Shown here piece by piece: positions 42,383 through 56,278 of a stretch of DNA of 64,000 nt. The notes beneath the pieces are model-generated. The model searched no databases. It had not been told where the DNA came from and saw only the letters and a program-made list of their open reading frames with translations. Where the stretch lies: the NCBI GenBank assembly GCA_951406725.2, contig OX597832.1, positions 54,932,001 through 54,996,000 on the forward strand, given 5' to 3'. Position numbers and translations under genes: made by a program. Numbering within the stretch: the first letter of the stretch is position 1; each line of letters opens with the position of its first letter. Origin of the DNA: Octopus vulgaris. Taxonomy: Eukaryota.

Positions 42383-43075
42383 ATTCTAAGATTATATTAA
42401 TAACACAGGCATCAACTTCAAAGCAAATATGGGAATCAAGAGACGCAGAACAGACTACAGGTATCTCCTGTACAATGTCAGATAAGATACAGGTACTTTC
42501 AAATTGATCAATGCCCTAAAATTTCTGTCTCCCTGACAAACATCATTGCCCTCACAATCCGATTCTAAAAGGAACAAACTTATTTTTGACGTTAAGCTTC
42601 AACCCTTCATTTTGAAAATTACAAACAAGACTTCCTGAAGCGTGACGGACGAAAAATATTTTCCTCTCGTAGCTTACGTTATTATCAGTCATTCGGTTAC
42701 TTCCTACTCGGTGCGGCGTACAGGCGGCGGTGCGAAGAAATCGGATAATGCGTAATTCTTGATTGGCTCACATATCTTAGTGTGTGTGTGTGCGTTTGTA
42801 TCTGTAGACACAGAGAGACACGCACGCACACAGACACGCGCAGAGACATATACGCACGCACACACAAATAAGCAAACCAATATATGTATGTGTGTGTACG
42901 TGTGTATATACATATATGTGTGAATGTGTCGGCCGAAACTGTAAAGACGATCAGCTTCTCGACTAAACATTGAAAGCTCCGAATATCCTGGCGTTATTTT
43001 TTTCCTGTCCTTTTTTGTATCATCTAACTGTCCGAATGTTTTGTTGTCTGTTACGTTCTTGTTTCATTTCTTATT

Positions 43076-43149
<74 letters not shown>

Positions 43150-43152
<3 letters not shown>

Positions 43153-43375
43153 CGTAAATTTGCCATTTAAATATGGCTAACCCCTAAGGGTTGATGCTAC
43201 TGTAGTTTGTAGCCCCAGGAGGACACCTACTCCAGCTGGCCATAGACACACTTTCTGTGCCCTATCAGCGTTTGCAAAGGGATGAGAGATGGGAGCTGGC
43301 CGATTTGAGCAATAAACGGGTAGATTGCTTAGACTCGATATGACTGGATTAAATGCTTAAAGGTTAAGTAGGATT
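43150..43375. mobile_element. Unclassified dispersed repeat (related inverted copies at 39753-39845 and 40060-40200)
   Basis: gccccaggaggacacctactccagctgg resembles the reverse complement of ccagctgaaggagatgtcttcctgggg. Confidence 0.5.
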
Positions 43376-43624
43376 ATAAAAGAAACATAAGCGTTAGATT
43401 TGAATTAGTAAAGTAATATATAGGGAAATAGATTTTCCTTGTTGTTGTTGTCTTCTTCTTCTTCTTCTTCTTCTTCTTCTTCTTCTTCTTCTTCTTCTTC
43501 TTCTTCTTCTTCTTCTTCTTCTTCTTCTTCTTCTTCTTCTTCTTCTTCTTCTTCTTCTTCTTCTTCTTCTTCTTCTTCTTCCAATCAGGACTCAAGCCAC
43601 AAAGAATAATCTCTAATTCGAGCC

Positions 43625-44055
43625 TACTCTAAGCTACTAAGAATGCGTGTGGCAACTTGAAGATCCACCCACCACACGCGATAGACTGGCGGTTGCACGG
43701 GTGCGAAAGCTACGTTGTTATCCTCATTCCGTAAACGGTGGCTTAATAACTGGTGGAGAGCTGAACCATCCTGGGGTACAGAGGATTCGCAATCTAGACT
43801 AGGGTCTGAAAGTTTACCACACCATAGTGGGTTAGACCATAGTTCCTCTGCTTTGTGGCAGAAGTAGGAAGAAAGAGTGAGAGAAAGTTGTGGTGAAAGA
43901 GTACAGCGGGGTTCACCGCTCCCTCCCCGCCGAAACCTCGTGGAGTTTAGGTGTTTTTGCTCAATAAGCACTCACAGTGCCCGGTCTGGGAATCGAAACC
44001 GCGTTCTAACGACCGCGAGTCCACTGCCCTAACCACTGGGTCATTGCGCCTCCAC
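43625..44055 (-). mobile_element. SINE with head H1 and a distinct tail (T3)
   Basis: Head matches family C up to ctttctctcactctttcttcc, then an unrelated ~235-bp tail. Confidence 0.7.
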
Positions 44056-44159
44056 TGTCGTTGTTGTTGCTGCCATTGTGGTTGTTGTTGTTGTTGTAGT
44101 TATTATTATTGCTGTTGTTGTTTTTGATACTGCTGCTACTGTTGTTGTTGCTGCTGCTG

Positions 44160-44538
44160 TTGAGCGAAGCGGTCTTCGTCCCAGAGCTCGCAAGATGGGA
44201 GAAGCTCGAAACGTGGTCCTTTGCTATTCGTAAGACCCGCAGAAGAGAAAGCAGGTCAACCCCTGACACCGAGAGCATCGACGGATGGTTGAATGCGCAT
44301 CCAGGCTCGGCAGTTGCGTAGGGAGTCGGGGACAAGAAACAGGAAGAAAGAGTGAGAGAAAGTTTGGGGCGAATGTGTACAACAGGGGGGTCGCCACCCC
44401 CACCACCCCGTGCCGGAGCCTCGTGGAGCTTTAGGTGTTTTCGCTCAATAAGCACACACAACGCCCGGTCTGGGAATCGAAACCGCGATCCTCCGACCAC
44501 GAGTCCGCTGCCCTAACCATTGGGCCATTGCGCCTCCG
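44160..44538 (-). mobile_element. SINE with head H1 and a distinct tail (T4)
   Basis: Head as family C, then an unrelated ~175-bp tail ending in (caa/cag)n. Confidence 0.75.
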
Positions 44539-44539
44539 C

Positions 44540-44855
44540 TGTCGTTGTTGTTGTTGCTGCTGCTGCTGCTGCTGCTGTTATTGTGATTGTTGTTGTTGCT
44601 GCTGCTGCTGTTATTGTGATTGTTGTTGTTGTTGTTATTGTTGTTGTTGTTGTTATTGTTATTGTTGATGCTGTCGTTGTTGTTGTTGTTGCTGCTGCTG
44701 CTGCTGTGATTGTTGCTGCTGTTGCTACTGCTGCTGTTGTTGTTGTTGCTGCTGCTGTTGCTGTAGCTGCTGCTGGTGTTGTTCTTGTTCTTGTTGATAC
44801 TGTTGTTGTTCTTGTTGATATCGTTGCTGTTGTTGTTGCTGCTGCTGCTGCTGTC

Positions 44856-44909
<54 letters not shown>

Positions 44910-45125
44910 GATGTTGCTGCTGCTGCTGCTGCTGCCCTTGCTGTTGTTCTTGCTCTTGTTCATGTTGATGCTGTTCTTGTTCTTGTTGTTGCTATCGTTG
45001 CCGTTGCTACTGCCAGCGCCACTGTCCTTGTTGGTATTAGTGCTTCCTCTGCTGTCGTTCTTCTTCTTCTTGTAGTTATTCATGCCATCACCGCCGTCGA
45101 CACCGTCCTCATCATCATTGTAGTT
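44540..45125. repeat. Compound (GTT/GCT)n triplet repeat
   Basis: Direct inspection. Confidence 0.95.
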
Positions 45126-45617
45126 GATGTTGTTTCTATACCTTACCACACGTACAATTCCTGATATTCCCAATCTCTTGGCACTGACAATTCCATTACG
45201 ATTCAAAATATTGATTTTTCTGGAAATGGAACACCGTCACGAAAGTGTTATAGCGATTTTCTTCATAATGGTTTCCCTCACCAAACCGCTAGATCTTTGG
45301 GTCACATTCACACATTTTAAACACATTTTGGCACATTTTTTAAGTGTTTTCTTCTCAAAGATCGCGCAGACATTTGTCAAATAGAAACTTATCTTGCTTC
45401 CCAAAGAAACACTTTGTCCAAGACACCTGAAATTCTTCTCCTCCCAAAGGTGCCAAAATATTAACTGACTTTACACTTCGCCAATAAATACTGTTTTTGC
45501 AGAGGCAGAGCAACTTCATATTCCCTACATTTGTTTTTTTTTCTGACAATTGTACAGACACGTGCACGCACAAACAAACAAGTACATAAACATATATATA
45601 CATAAATAAATATATAT

Positions 45618-45682
<65 letters not shown>

Positions 45683-45683
45683 C

Positions 45684-45779
<96 letters not shown>

Positions 45780-45944
45780 GGTAACAGGCTTGCTTCCCAG
45801 CCACGTGGTTCCGGATTCAGTCGAGCTGCGTGGCACACTGGGCAAGTGTCTCCTACTCTAGCCTCGAGGCGACCAAGGCCTATCAATGGATTTGGTAGAC
45901 GACAACTGAAAGAAGCTCGTCGTATATATACATATATATATATA

Positions 45945-46562
45945 CACAATATTACATTATATAATTAGGGCTTAGTAAAATAAATTACTTTGCCACATAC
46001 TGAACTTAGTAGAAATAGCAGCCAAAAAAAGTTTTTCTTAGCATTTCTACTACTTAAAGGAAAATTCTCTCAGATAATGTTTACTCCAGACAGCTCACGA
46101 AGGTTTGGGGGTAAATACAGAAAAATATCACAAGTACATAGATCGTTTGAGTACGTCAACGTTTCAAGATTAGCCAAATAAAATCAGCATTTCTTTCGTC
46201 AGCTCAAAATTTCTTAATTTGGAATTTGGAAACACATTAAAAAGAAGGAACTTTACCTATCAGCGAACAATTCCAAATTTCCAATTCCAAATTAAGAAAT
46301 TTTGAGCTGACGAAAGAAATGCTGATTTTATTTGGCTAATCTTGAAACCTTGACGTACTCAAACGATCTATGTACTTGTGATATTTTTCTGTATTTACCC
46401 CAAACCTTCGTGAGCTGTCTGGAGTAAACATTATCTGAGAGAATTTTCCTTTAAGTAGTAGAAATGCTAATAAAAATTTTTTTGGCTGCTATTTCTACTA
46501 AGTTCAGTATGTGGCAAAGTAATTTATTTTACTAAGCCCTAATTATATAATGTAATATTGTG
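45945..46562. mobile_element. Near-perfect ~285-bp inverted repeat; Penelope-like inverted pLTR pair with an HHR motif in each arm
   Basis: Arms 45945-46231 and ~46271-46562; HHR tttgag CUGACGA...GAAAC..GUA ctcaaa at 46301-46363 (+) and 46146-46208 (-). Confidence 0.8.
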
Positions 46563-46656
46563 AATTCGCCTTAAATGGTCCTTTTACATACTGAACACTT
46601 GGTGAAATTGATTAATTAATTAATTTTACCCTCAATTGTTGATATCATATATATAT

Positions 46657-46744
<88 letters not shown>

Positions 46745-46777
46745 GTAGGTAGATATACATACATACATATATACACA

Positions 46778-47625
46778 CAGGGTGCGTTGAATAAACTGTC
46801 TTTTAAATTACGGAAAAATGAAAATAACACTGAGGTCTCATTTTAACAGATATATTTACTAAAATTGCATAAAAATATCTTGAAATACTAAAGAGTAAAC
46901 TTATTCAATGAAATCGCTATTGGCTTCAACCACGGCCTCCAGAGGACTTGAGAATCTCATGCAACTCTTCTGGACAGTTTCCTTGCTTAAGTTGGTGAAT
47001 GCTGCCATAATCCTTGCCTTCGGTTCATCTTTGGTGTTACAAGGAGTTTTGGTGGTCTGTCAGCCAGATGTCCCTCACACATAATAATGAAGCAGATTGC
47101 AGTCTGGGGAGTTAGGTGGCTAGATGTTAGGGGTGGGGTGATGTTGTTGCAGAAATTATCTGACAGCCATGACTGGGTTCTCCTGCATGCGTAGCATGCT
47201 GCAGAGTCCTGTTGCTAGATTTAGATTCTTTCCGCAGTCACTCTCTTGACCCAGAGCGGCACAATTTTCTCCAAGCACTTGATGTAGGTCACCATCTTCA
47301 GTCTGAGGCCGTGTGGGAAGATGAATGGAGGCATAACGTTGCCATCACTAGTGATGTTGACCGGATATTTGATTTGTATCTCTCTTGGTACATGTCCTCA
47401 GATTGCACTGTCCTCAGATTGACACCCAAACACCCTGAAATTTTTCGTATTGAAGCTTCCGGTGCGAATGCCAAGCAGTACAGCATGTCGTTTCCAAATT
47501 TCTGGCAGTGTAAACTGTGCCATGCTGCTCTTTGTCTCACAGACGGTGCCCAAGGGACTCTACCACGCTGTGTAGTCGTCAAAATCAAAAAGAAACAATG
47601 CGCATGCGCAAAATCAAAAATATAA
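46778..47625 (-). mobile_element. Decayed Tc1/mariner-superfamily transposon (maT/DD37D-like)
   Basis: - strand PPNSPDCNLLHYYV (compare WPPNSPDLNPLDY) and HTH-like SIRKISGCLGVNLRTVQ; cagggtg end. Confidence 0.75.
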
Positions 47626-47654
47626 GATAAGTCGATTACATCGACACCCCACTA

Positions 47655-48035
47655 CCTATTTCTTTACTACTCACAAGGGGCTAAACACAGATAGGACAAA
47701 CAAGAACAGACAAAGGGATTAAGTCGATTATATCGACCCCAGTGCGTAACTGGTACTTAATTTATCGACCCCGAAAGGATGAAAGGCAAAGTCGACCTCG
47801 GCGGAATTTGAACTCAGAACGTAACGGCAGACGAAATACGGCGACGCATTTCGCCCGACCTGCTAACGTTTCTGCCAGCTTGCCGCCCCACTACCACTCA
47901 ACTAGTACTTATTTTATCGACCCTGAAAGAATGAAAGACAAAGTCGTCCCTGCTGGAATTCGAACGTAAAGACAAACGAAATGCCGCTAAGCATTTTTGC
48001 CCGGCGTGCTTACGATTCTGCAAGCTTACTGCTTT
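47655..48035 (-). mobile_element. SINE family D (one full plus one partial copy)
   Basis: Near-consensus. Confidence 0.88.
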
Positions 48036-48286
48036 AGATTAGTTCCAACACTGAAATTATTTATCAGCGTTAAATGGAATTTAATGGATTACAGAAAATC
48101 CAGGAAAAAAATGTTTATTGTAAAAAGACAGTAACGAAGAAACGGTTAAAGATAACGACCAAGAATTAGCTGCAGAAATACAGGCAGCCGAAAGTTTACC
48201 AAAATACGATTGAGAGTCGAAAATGTGTGCTAGTTCCTTTACACCATGATTTCAGTGCTAGAGTAAATTTTAATTTTTTTTTAGAA

Positions 48287-48665
48287 GCACTCCGTCGGTT
48301 ACGACGATGAGGATTCCGGTTGATCCGAATCAACGGAACAGCCTGCTCGCGAAATTAACTTGTAAGTGGCTGAGCACTCCACAGACACGTGCACCCTTAA
48401 CGTAGTTCTCGGGGATATTCAGCGTGACACAGAGAGTGACAAGGCCGGCCCTTTGAAATACAGGTACAACAGAAACAGGAAGTAAGAGTGAGAGAAAGTT
48501 GTGGTGAAAGAGTACAGCAGGGATCACCACCATCCCCTGCCGGAGCCTCGTGGAGGTTTTAGGTGTTTTCGCTCAATAAACACTCACAACGCCCGGTCTG
48601 GGAATCGAAACCGCGATCCTATGACCGCGAGTCCGCTGCCCTACCACTGGGCCATTGTGCCTCCG
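48287..48665 (-). mobile_element. SINE family C (head H1 + tail T1)
   Basis: Near-consensus. Confidence 0.9.
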
Positions 48666-48856
48666 CTAGAGTAAATATCCTGAGTACGACTAAACTGCTT
48701 CCGGTTGTGTGGAGGGGAGGGTTCCTTGTTCCTTGTTCGAGAGTCCTGGGTTCCGAGGAGTGTGTGTGAAAGCACCTGTTAGCCACTATTTTTCACACGC
48801 CCGTTCTGACCACGAGAAGTAGGGAGATTTCAGAGTCCCTTCTATAGGTTAATTAA

Positions 48857-48972
48857 CAGGGCAAAGATCCCCTTCGGTCCTGAATGGCCATGGTATTGCA
48901 CCTAGAGAGTTACCCTCCGAGGAACAAGTCTGGGCAAGGTTGTTTAATGAAGACCAGCAACAACAACAACAA

Positions 48973-49003
<31 letters not shown>

Positions 49004-49402
49004 GAAAAATACCTTAGGAATGTGAAACCAGGTTCGAAATTTCCCCAAGACACCTGATGAAGGCTGGAGGGTATATCAGCTGAAACTTTGTGTTAACAAC
49101 AAACAAGATGAGGACAAATATCCATAAATGTAAATAATGTAAATAATGTATGAAGACCAGCAGTTGCCCATGCGTACTAGCCTCCTCTCTCTACGCCACT
49201 GATGTTGTCCAATGGAAAGCTCAAAGGCTGGTACAGCTTGGCACCAGTGACGTCGCAACTGATTTCTACAACTGGATGAACTGGAACAATGTGAAATAAA
49301 GTCTCTTGCTCAAGAACACAACGCATAGCCTGGTCCGGAAATCGAACTCACTATCTCAAGATTATCAGCCTGACGCTCTAACCACTAGACCATGCGCCTT
49401 CA
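48857..49402 (-). mobile_element. SINE (head H2 + tail T5) interrupted by an HHR-bearing insertion
   Basis: The SINE resumes after the 13-bp duplication atgaagaccagca (48947-48959, 49150-49162). Confidence 0.8.
48960..49149 (+). mobile_element. Penelope-like fragment with HHR motif (49049-49094)
   Basis: gacac CUGAUGA aggctg..cagct GAAAC uuu gtgtt; same family as 60690-60870. Confidence 0.7.
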
Positions 49403-49860
49403 ATAAACATATTAGGGCTTATCTATCTATGAATATGAAGACTGGGCCCAGTGGACCCTGCAGAAGAAACCTTTATGATTCAACGGAGAGGAAGACGGCT
49501 GCAGTAACCCAGGATGGAGTGCAGAGAAGAAGATGAAGCAGATAAACCAACTGCATCCGTCTTTATTCCCAGTCGTCTTGACTATGAAGATGATCACGGA
49601 TGGAAGAATGAGGCTGGCGGTGTGCAACTGTTTATCACTATAGACAAAGTCACCGCGCAAGTCGTCGAACGCAATGCTAGTAGACAGAGAGAGTTCATTG
49701 GTTGGTATGAATTGTCTGTGAAAAGACGAAGTTTCTCTGGTGTAATTCTTCAAATATGCTCTCGACAAATAAATACTGCTAATATAGCAACCGTTGGATG
49801 AAGATCTGCAGATCAAACATTAAGACTTAGAATTTCTGTGTGAAGCTCCGTCTGTGTGTC

Positions 49861-49896
<36 letters not shown>

Positions 49897-49983
49897 CTTC
49901 CGTATGTGTGTGTGTGCGTGTGTGTATGTGTCTGTGTGTGTGTATCAGACTTAGTTTCTGTGTGTGTATGAGACCCCCATCTA

Positions 49984-50014
<31 letters not shown>

Positions 50015-50033
50015 CTGTCTGTATGTGTGTGTG

Positions 50034-50067
<34 letters not shown>

Positions 50068-50163
50068 CCTGTGTGTGTGAGTGCATGTGTGTGTGTATGA
50101 GACTTAGTTTCTGTGTGTGTATGAGACTCCATCTATGTTTGTGTGTGAGAGAGAAACCGTCTA

Positions 50164-50194
<31 letters not shown>

Positions 50195-50499
50195 ATGCAC
50201 ATGTGTGTACGCGTGGCAAGACGAATGTGTCTAAGAATATAATTAGTACGGAAGCACGTTTTTCTTTTTACCTCGCATATTCAGAGAAACGCGAAGAACC
50301 GGAGCACACATCACAAGGCATGTTTTCTTAAATTCTATCAATTCTGTTAATCTATTATCTTGGATTGATATTATAAATTATCGACTCCGGAAGTATAAAA
50401 GGCAAAGCTGACCGTCATAGGGTTTGAACTGACAACGCAGAGATCTTGAATAAATACATAACGCCTATTGTCTTTCACTCCAACGACCTTGACATATTC

Positions 50500-51015
50500 T
50501 TCTCTAATTTAGGCACAAGGCCCGAAATTCTGGGGGAGGGGGGGCAGTCGATGAGATCGACTCCAGTATTCAACTGGTACTTAATTTATCGATCCCGAAA
50601 TGATGAAAGACAAAGTCGACCTCGGCGGAATTTGGACGCAGAACGTGAAAATTGACGAAATACCTATTTCTTACTACTCACAAGGGGCTAAACACAGAGG
50701 GGATGAACAAGGACAGACAAACGGATTAAGTCGATTATATCGACCCAAGTGCGTAACTGGTACTTATTTAATCGACTCCGAAAGGATGAAAGGCAAAATC
50801 GACCTCCGCGGAATTTGAACTCAGAACGTAGCGGCAGACGAAATACCTATTTCTTTATTACACACAAGGGGCTAAACACAGAGGGGACAAACAAGGACAG
50901 ACATATGTATTAAGTCGATTACATCGACCCCAGTGCGTATGTGGTACTTAATTTATCGACCCCGAAAGGATGAAAGGCAAAGTCGACCTCGGCGGAATTT
51001 GAACTCATAACGTAA
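50500..51015 (-). mobile_element. Three tandem SINE family D copies
   Basis: Repeated caaggggctaaacacagagggg...aaggatgaaaggcaaa..gacctc. Confidence 0.88.
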
Positions 51016-51631
51016 CTCATATCGTGGACCTTAGGTTTTTCGCTCATAAACACTCACATCGCTCGGTCTGAGATACGAACCCGCGAGTCCGCTGCTCTAA
51101 CCAGTAGGCCATGTGCCTCCACATGACATATGTTTAGGTCGACGGAAATCAATTGAATGGTTTCATGAAACTATATTATTGATTTTGCTTCTATACATGC
51201 ACCAGGTCACACATTGTGGGTAGAGGGGCAATGGGTTAGACAGTCGATAATATCGATGCGGTACATGTCTAGAACTTATTTTATCGATCACTGATTGTTT
51301 TAGAAGCAAGGGTGAACTCGGTGGAGTTTGATTACACGTATAGCTTGTAAATCTACTGATATAAATGTCTGCCTGGTGAGCTCTGTGTCCGGAAACAATA
51401 GAAGTAAACGCTTAGCCGGGTCTGTAAACTAATCTTTGGAAAAAACATGTCGACGACGTCGCCAGACATAGGTTCTTTTTCTTTCCAAAAAAAGTTGGGG
51501 ATAATGGAGGCTGATCGGATACTATTATCCGGCAGCTGTAACAAAGACGTTGAAGGCCTTACATTGACACATGGGCACAACGGTTATTTATATGTGTATG
51601 TATGAATATGCGCATATATATATATATATAT

Positions 51632-51722
<91 letters not shown>

Positions 51723-51760
51723 TAGATAGATAGATAGATATTATATATATAGATAGATAG

Positions 51761-51807
<47 letters not shown>

Positions 51808-52018
51808 TGTAATTTATGGTATCTAAGAGATACCACCACGCTGGAAATAGCAGGCAAAACTTGACTCTAAAACCACATTAAATGTTCATACCGCACCTGA
51901 AGAGAGGAATGATTATTACCTATGAAGGTTTTTATTCCCATGCTGGCCACTTGATAAGATCGATATTTAGATTAACGATCTTATCCATATTTATATAAAT
52001 TTATATATTATATGTATA

Positions 52019-52074
<56 letters not shown>

Positions 52075-52138
52075 TAGAGAGAGAAAGAAAGGAAGCGATA
52101 TGTATGTGTATATGTGTAAGCACATATGTGTATATATT

Positions 52139-52245
<107 letters not shown>

Positions 52246-52399
52246 ATTCCTTCATCTTTTTATTCTGCGGTCATGCTGGAGCACCGCCTTTAGTCGAACA
52301 AATCAACTCCAGGACTTATTCTTTGTAAGCATAGTACTTCTTCTATCGGTCTCTTTTGCTGGACCGCTAAGTTACGCGGGCGTAAGCACACCAACCTGT

Positions 52400-52764
52400 G
52401 CGATAACTGTTGATATCCAGTACCGCTGCCGTAGTCTCCTTTAGAGGGATTCAGAAATATTAATATTTCTAGTTTTGAAAACTAGTGGATGTATTCCACT
52501 GAATTTTGGCTAATAATCCTTCGAACAGACGGTCAGCAGCGACGCCTGCTGGGTTCGGCTGCTCTACATTGATAAGGGGCAAATATCCCGAAACTAGTCT
52601 GTAGCTGCCTGACCAGCAAGGGGAAGCGGTTGGCCTCCCCTATTCGAAGATTATAATGGACACGGGTTTGTGTGTCACATAGCTAGCTAGTGGCGATGGC
52701 TCCTTGGAGCTAATCAACGGCAGCATTCGTCCAATTTTCCTGAACTGCCATGTAAAATTGGCGA

Positions 52765-52769
<5 letters not shown>
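52400..52769 (+). ncRNA. ~360-nt structured element with U3-A8 variant hammerhead (52564-52604)
   Basis: ctaca UUGAUAA gggg caaatat ccc GAAAC UA GUC tgtag; closing helix gctgccgt/acggcagc; 9-bp direct repeat gcgataact at both ends. Confidence 0.55.
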
Positions 52770-52830
<61 letters not shown>

Positions 52831-52946
52831 TGTGGTGTGGATCTTGTACAAGTGTCTTCTACTATAACCTCGGGCCGACCAAAGTCTTGTGAGTAGATTT
52901 GGTAGACGGAAACTGGAAGAAGCCCGTGGTATATATGCATATATAT

Positions 52947-53011
<65 letters not shown>

Positions 53012-53044
53012 TAAATATATATATATATATAAATATATATATAT

Positions 53045-53635
<591 letters not shown>

Positions 53636-54230
53636 ATATATATATATATATATAATATATATGTACATGTATGTATGTATGTGTGCATGTTTGTATGTAT
53701 GTATGTATGTATGTATGTATTTGTATGTGTGTGTGTGTGTGTCTGTAGTTGTTCTCTCAACTCCACGGCCGTGCCTCGATGATGCCTTAGTGGTAGCTTC
53801 TCCGAGAATGGATCGTGCGAATACCATAATATATTTAGACGTAAACGTAGTTGGTAACATCTGAAATTGTACGTATATTACGACGGATTTCGAAGTGTAA
53901 ATAGATCAGTCAACTTGATATTTTTATCTAGAATCAATACAAGAAGCAGCGACCGTGGCTTTTATGAGTTACAAGATAAATACGGTGAGAAGGAACATTC
54001 ATGAAATACCTATTGGTCGATATTAAGAACAGACGAGACGAAAATTTAATCGTTCCTTTTATATTGATCGTGTCGTAGAATCCGGCTGATTGATTGTGTC
54101 AGGAATTAATGCTTTCATATCTACTACAGTCACTATTTTAAACCAAGAAATAGAACCCTTTCTCCCTCCCTCTCCTTCTCTCTCTCTCTCTATCTATCTC
54201 TCTCTCTACCTATCTATCAATCTATCTATC

Positions 54231-54263
<33 letters not shown>

Positions 54264-54359
54264 ATATCTATCTATCTATCTATCTGTTTATCTATCTTTC
54301 TATCTCTGTCTATCTACCTATCTGTCTATCTTTCTCTCTCTCTCTCTATCTATCTATCA

Positions 54360-54395
<36 letters not shown>

Positions 54396-54426
54396 CTATC
54401 TATCTATTTATCTGTTTATCTATCTA

Positions 54427-54500
<74 letters not shown>

Positions 54501-54899
54501 TTCTGTAGGTGCAATATGGTGCAATATGGTGGACTGAAAGAAGTGGACTGAAAAAAGCCCGTATATATGTACGACGGGCTTCTTTCAGTTTCCACCAAAT
54601 TTCCTCGCAAGGCACTAGTCGGCCCGGAGCTAGAACAGAAGACACTTGTCTAAGGTAGCATCCAGTGGTGATACTACAGCAAGTAAAAAAGCGTTCGATC
54701 ATCTAAGAGAGTAAAGATAATCTTATGATAAAAAACCGCAAACCTTGTAAATACAGCCACCCAAGGTTTCCTGGTGGAAATAATAATTCATTCCGTCATT
54801 TATCAAGCTGAAAACAAGACTATCTTTAGAGCAGATAATGTTTAAACAAGAGACGCTTGTAAAGTAGAAGACAAGAAGAAAACACAAGGGAGATAACCA

Positions 54900-55340
54900 G
54901 CTTTACAATACACTATCAAGCAGACGTAAACCAGATGTTAATGCTTTACTAAGTTTCTGGTGGTCTATTTTAAATTCCGACAAGATACATTTCTTGAAAT
55001 GCTGGCATATAGAAAAGATCTCGTTCCTTGAACGTGTCTTCAGTGATGTGGAGGTACCTGAGAGAAGTAGTATTGGAAGTGTAGAATCAATGATTCTACA
55101 ATGTTGTTTGAGGTGGGGTGGACATCCGGTAAGAATGAATGATGAAATACTTCCCAAGCAACATCTGTATGGTGAGCTGGAAGACGGTAGGATACCAACA
55201 CATAAAGCGAAAATGAGGTTTAAGGGCCGCCTCAGAATTGCTCTTACACAGACAGGAGCTTCAGTGGTTGATCTGGAGAGGAAGGCTCAAGACCAAAGTG
55301 GATGGAGGAAAAGGCGACACATTGTATTCGTTAGAAGTTC
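54900..55340 (+). pseudogene. RTE-clade LINE ORF C-terminal fragment
   Basis: LRWGGHPVRMNDEILPKQHLYGEL...MRFKGRL...AQDQSGWR matches the RTE motif LRWxGHVxRMxxxRLPKQxLYGEL...AxDRxxWR. Confidence 0.85.
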
Positions 55341-55423
55341 TCAAGCATTTTAGGAGATACAGTTTTTCAAGGAAACACACTCAACATTTTTTGAAACATA
55401 TTTTGGACCCGTTAATATAAAGG

Positions 55424-55793
55424 ACTAGCAGTATCGCCCGGCGTTGCTCGGGTTTGTAAGGGAAATAACTATAAAGAATTTTTAGAGAGTTATAGCCAAA
55501 AAATGGGAAAAAAATGATGGTAAATTTTTTTTTAGTTAAAAAGGTCGAGTTGCGTCCCCTAGACAGTCTGTGGTTTGTGTTTCTGATTCTCGACCCCATG
55601 TCGAATTTATCGATTTTTTTCAGAACTGGGGGAACTTTTCAAAATTTTCGCTGCGTTAGTTTTGAATTATGACATTGGGCTATGTGTGTCAAGTTTCATC
55701 AGAATCGGTTGAAAGCCGTGGTCAGGGTGAGGGTACAACCTAACAGACACACAGAAACACACACAGACAAACTGTCGTTTATATATAGAGAGA
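55424..55793 (-). mobile_element. Helitron-like non-autonomous element
   Basis: - strand 5' tctctatatataaacgacagtttgtctg; 3' cccgagcaacgccggg hairpin then CTAG-T. Confidence 0.75.
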
Positions 55794-55935
55794 TTTTCTA
55801 TTTGGTGTCGAAAGTGATCCCTTCGGTTTTACGTTCCCGAAAGGGTTGTTGAACGTTTTTTATCACGGCACTTTAGAGTTCAAAAGATGGTTGTTATATC
55901 TAGACCTAAATTTTCCTTGCACGGCTCCGATATTC

Positions 55936-56278
55936 TATTACTTGTTTCAGTCATTTGACTGCAGCCATGCTGGAGCACCACCTTTAGTCGAGCAAATCGA
56001 TACTAGGACTTATTCTTTGTAAGCTTAGTACTTATTCTATCGGTCTCTTTTGCCGAACCACTAAGTTACAGGGACGTAAACACACCAGCATCGGTTGTGA
56101 AACGATGTTGGGGGACAAACACAGACACACAAACACAAAACACATACATACCAAATCCACTCACAAGGCTCTGGTTGGCTCGAGGCTATAGTAGAAGACA
56201 CTTGCCCAAGGTGCCACGCAGTGGGACTGACCCCGGAACCATGTGGTCCGTAAGCAAGCTACTTACCACTCAGCCACA
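55936..56278 (-). mobile_element. SINE family A
   Basis: Both halves present with an internal deletion. Confidence 0.88.
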
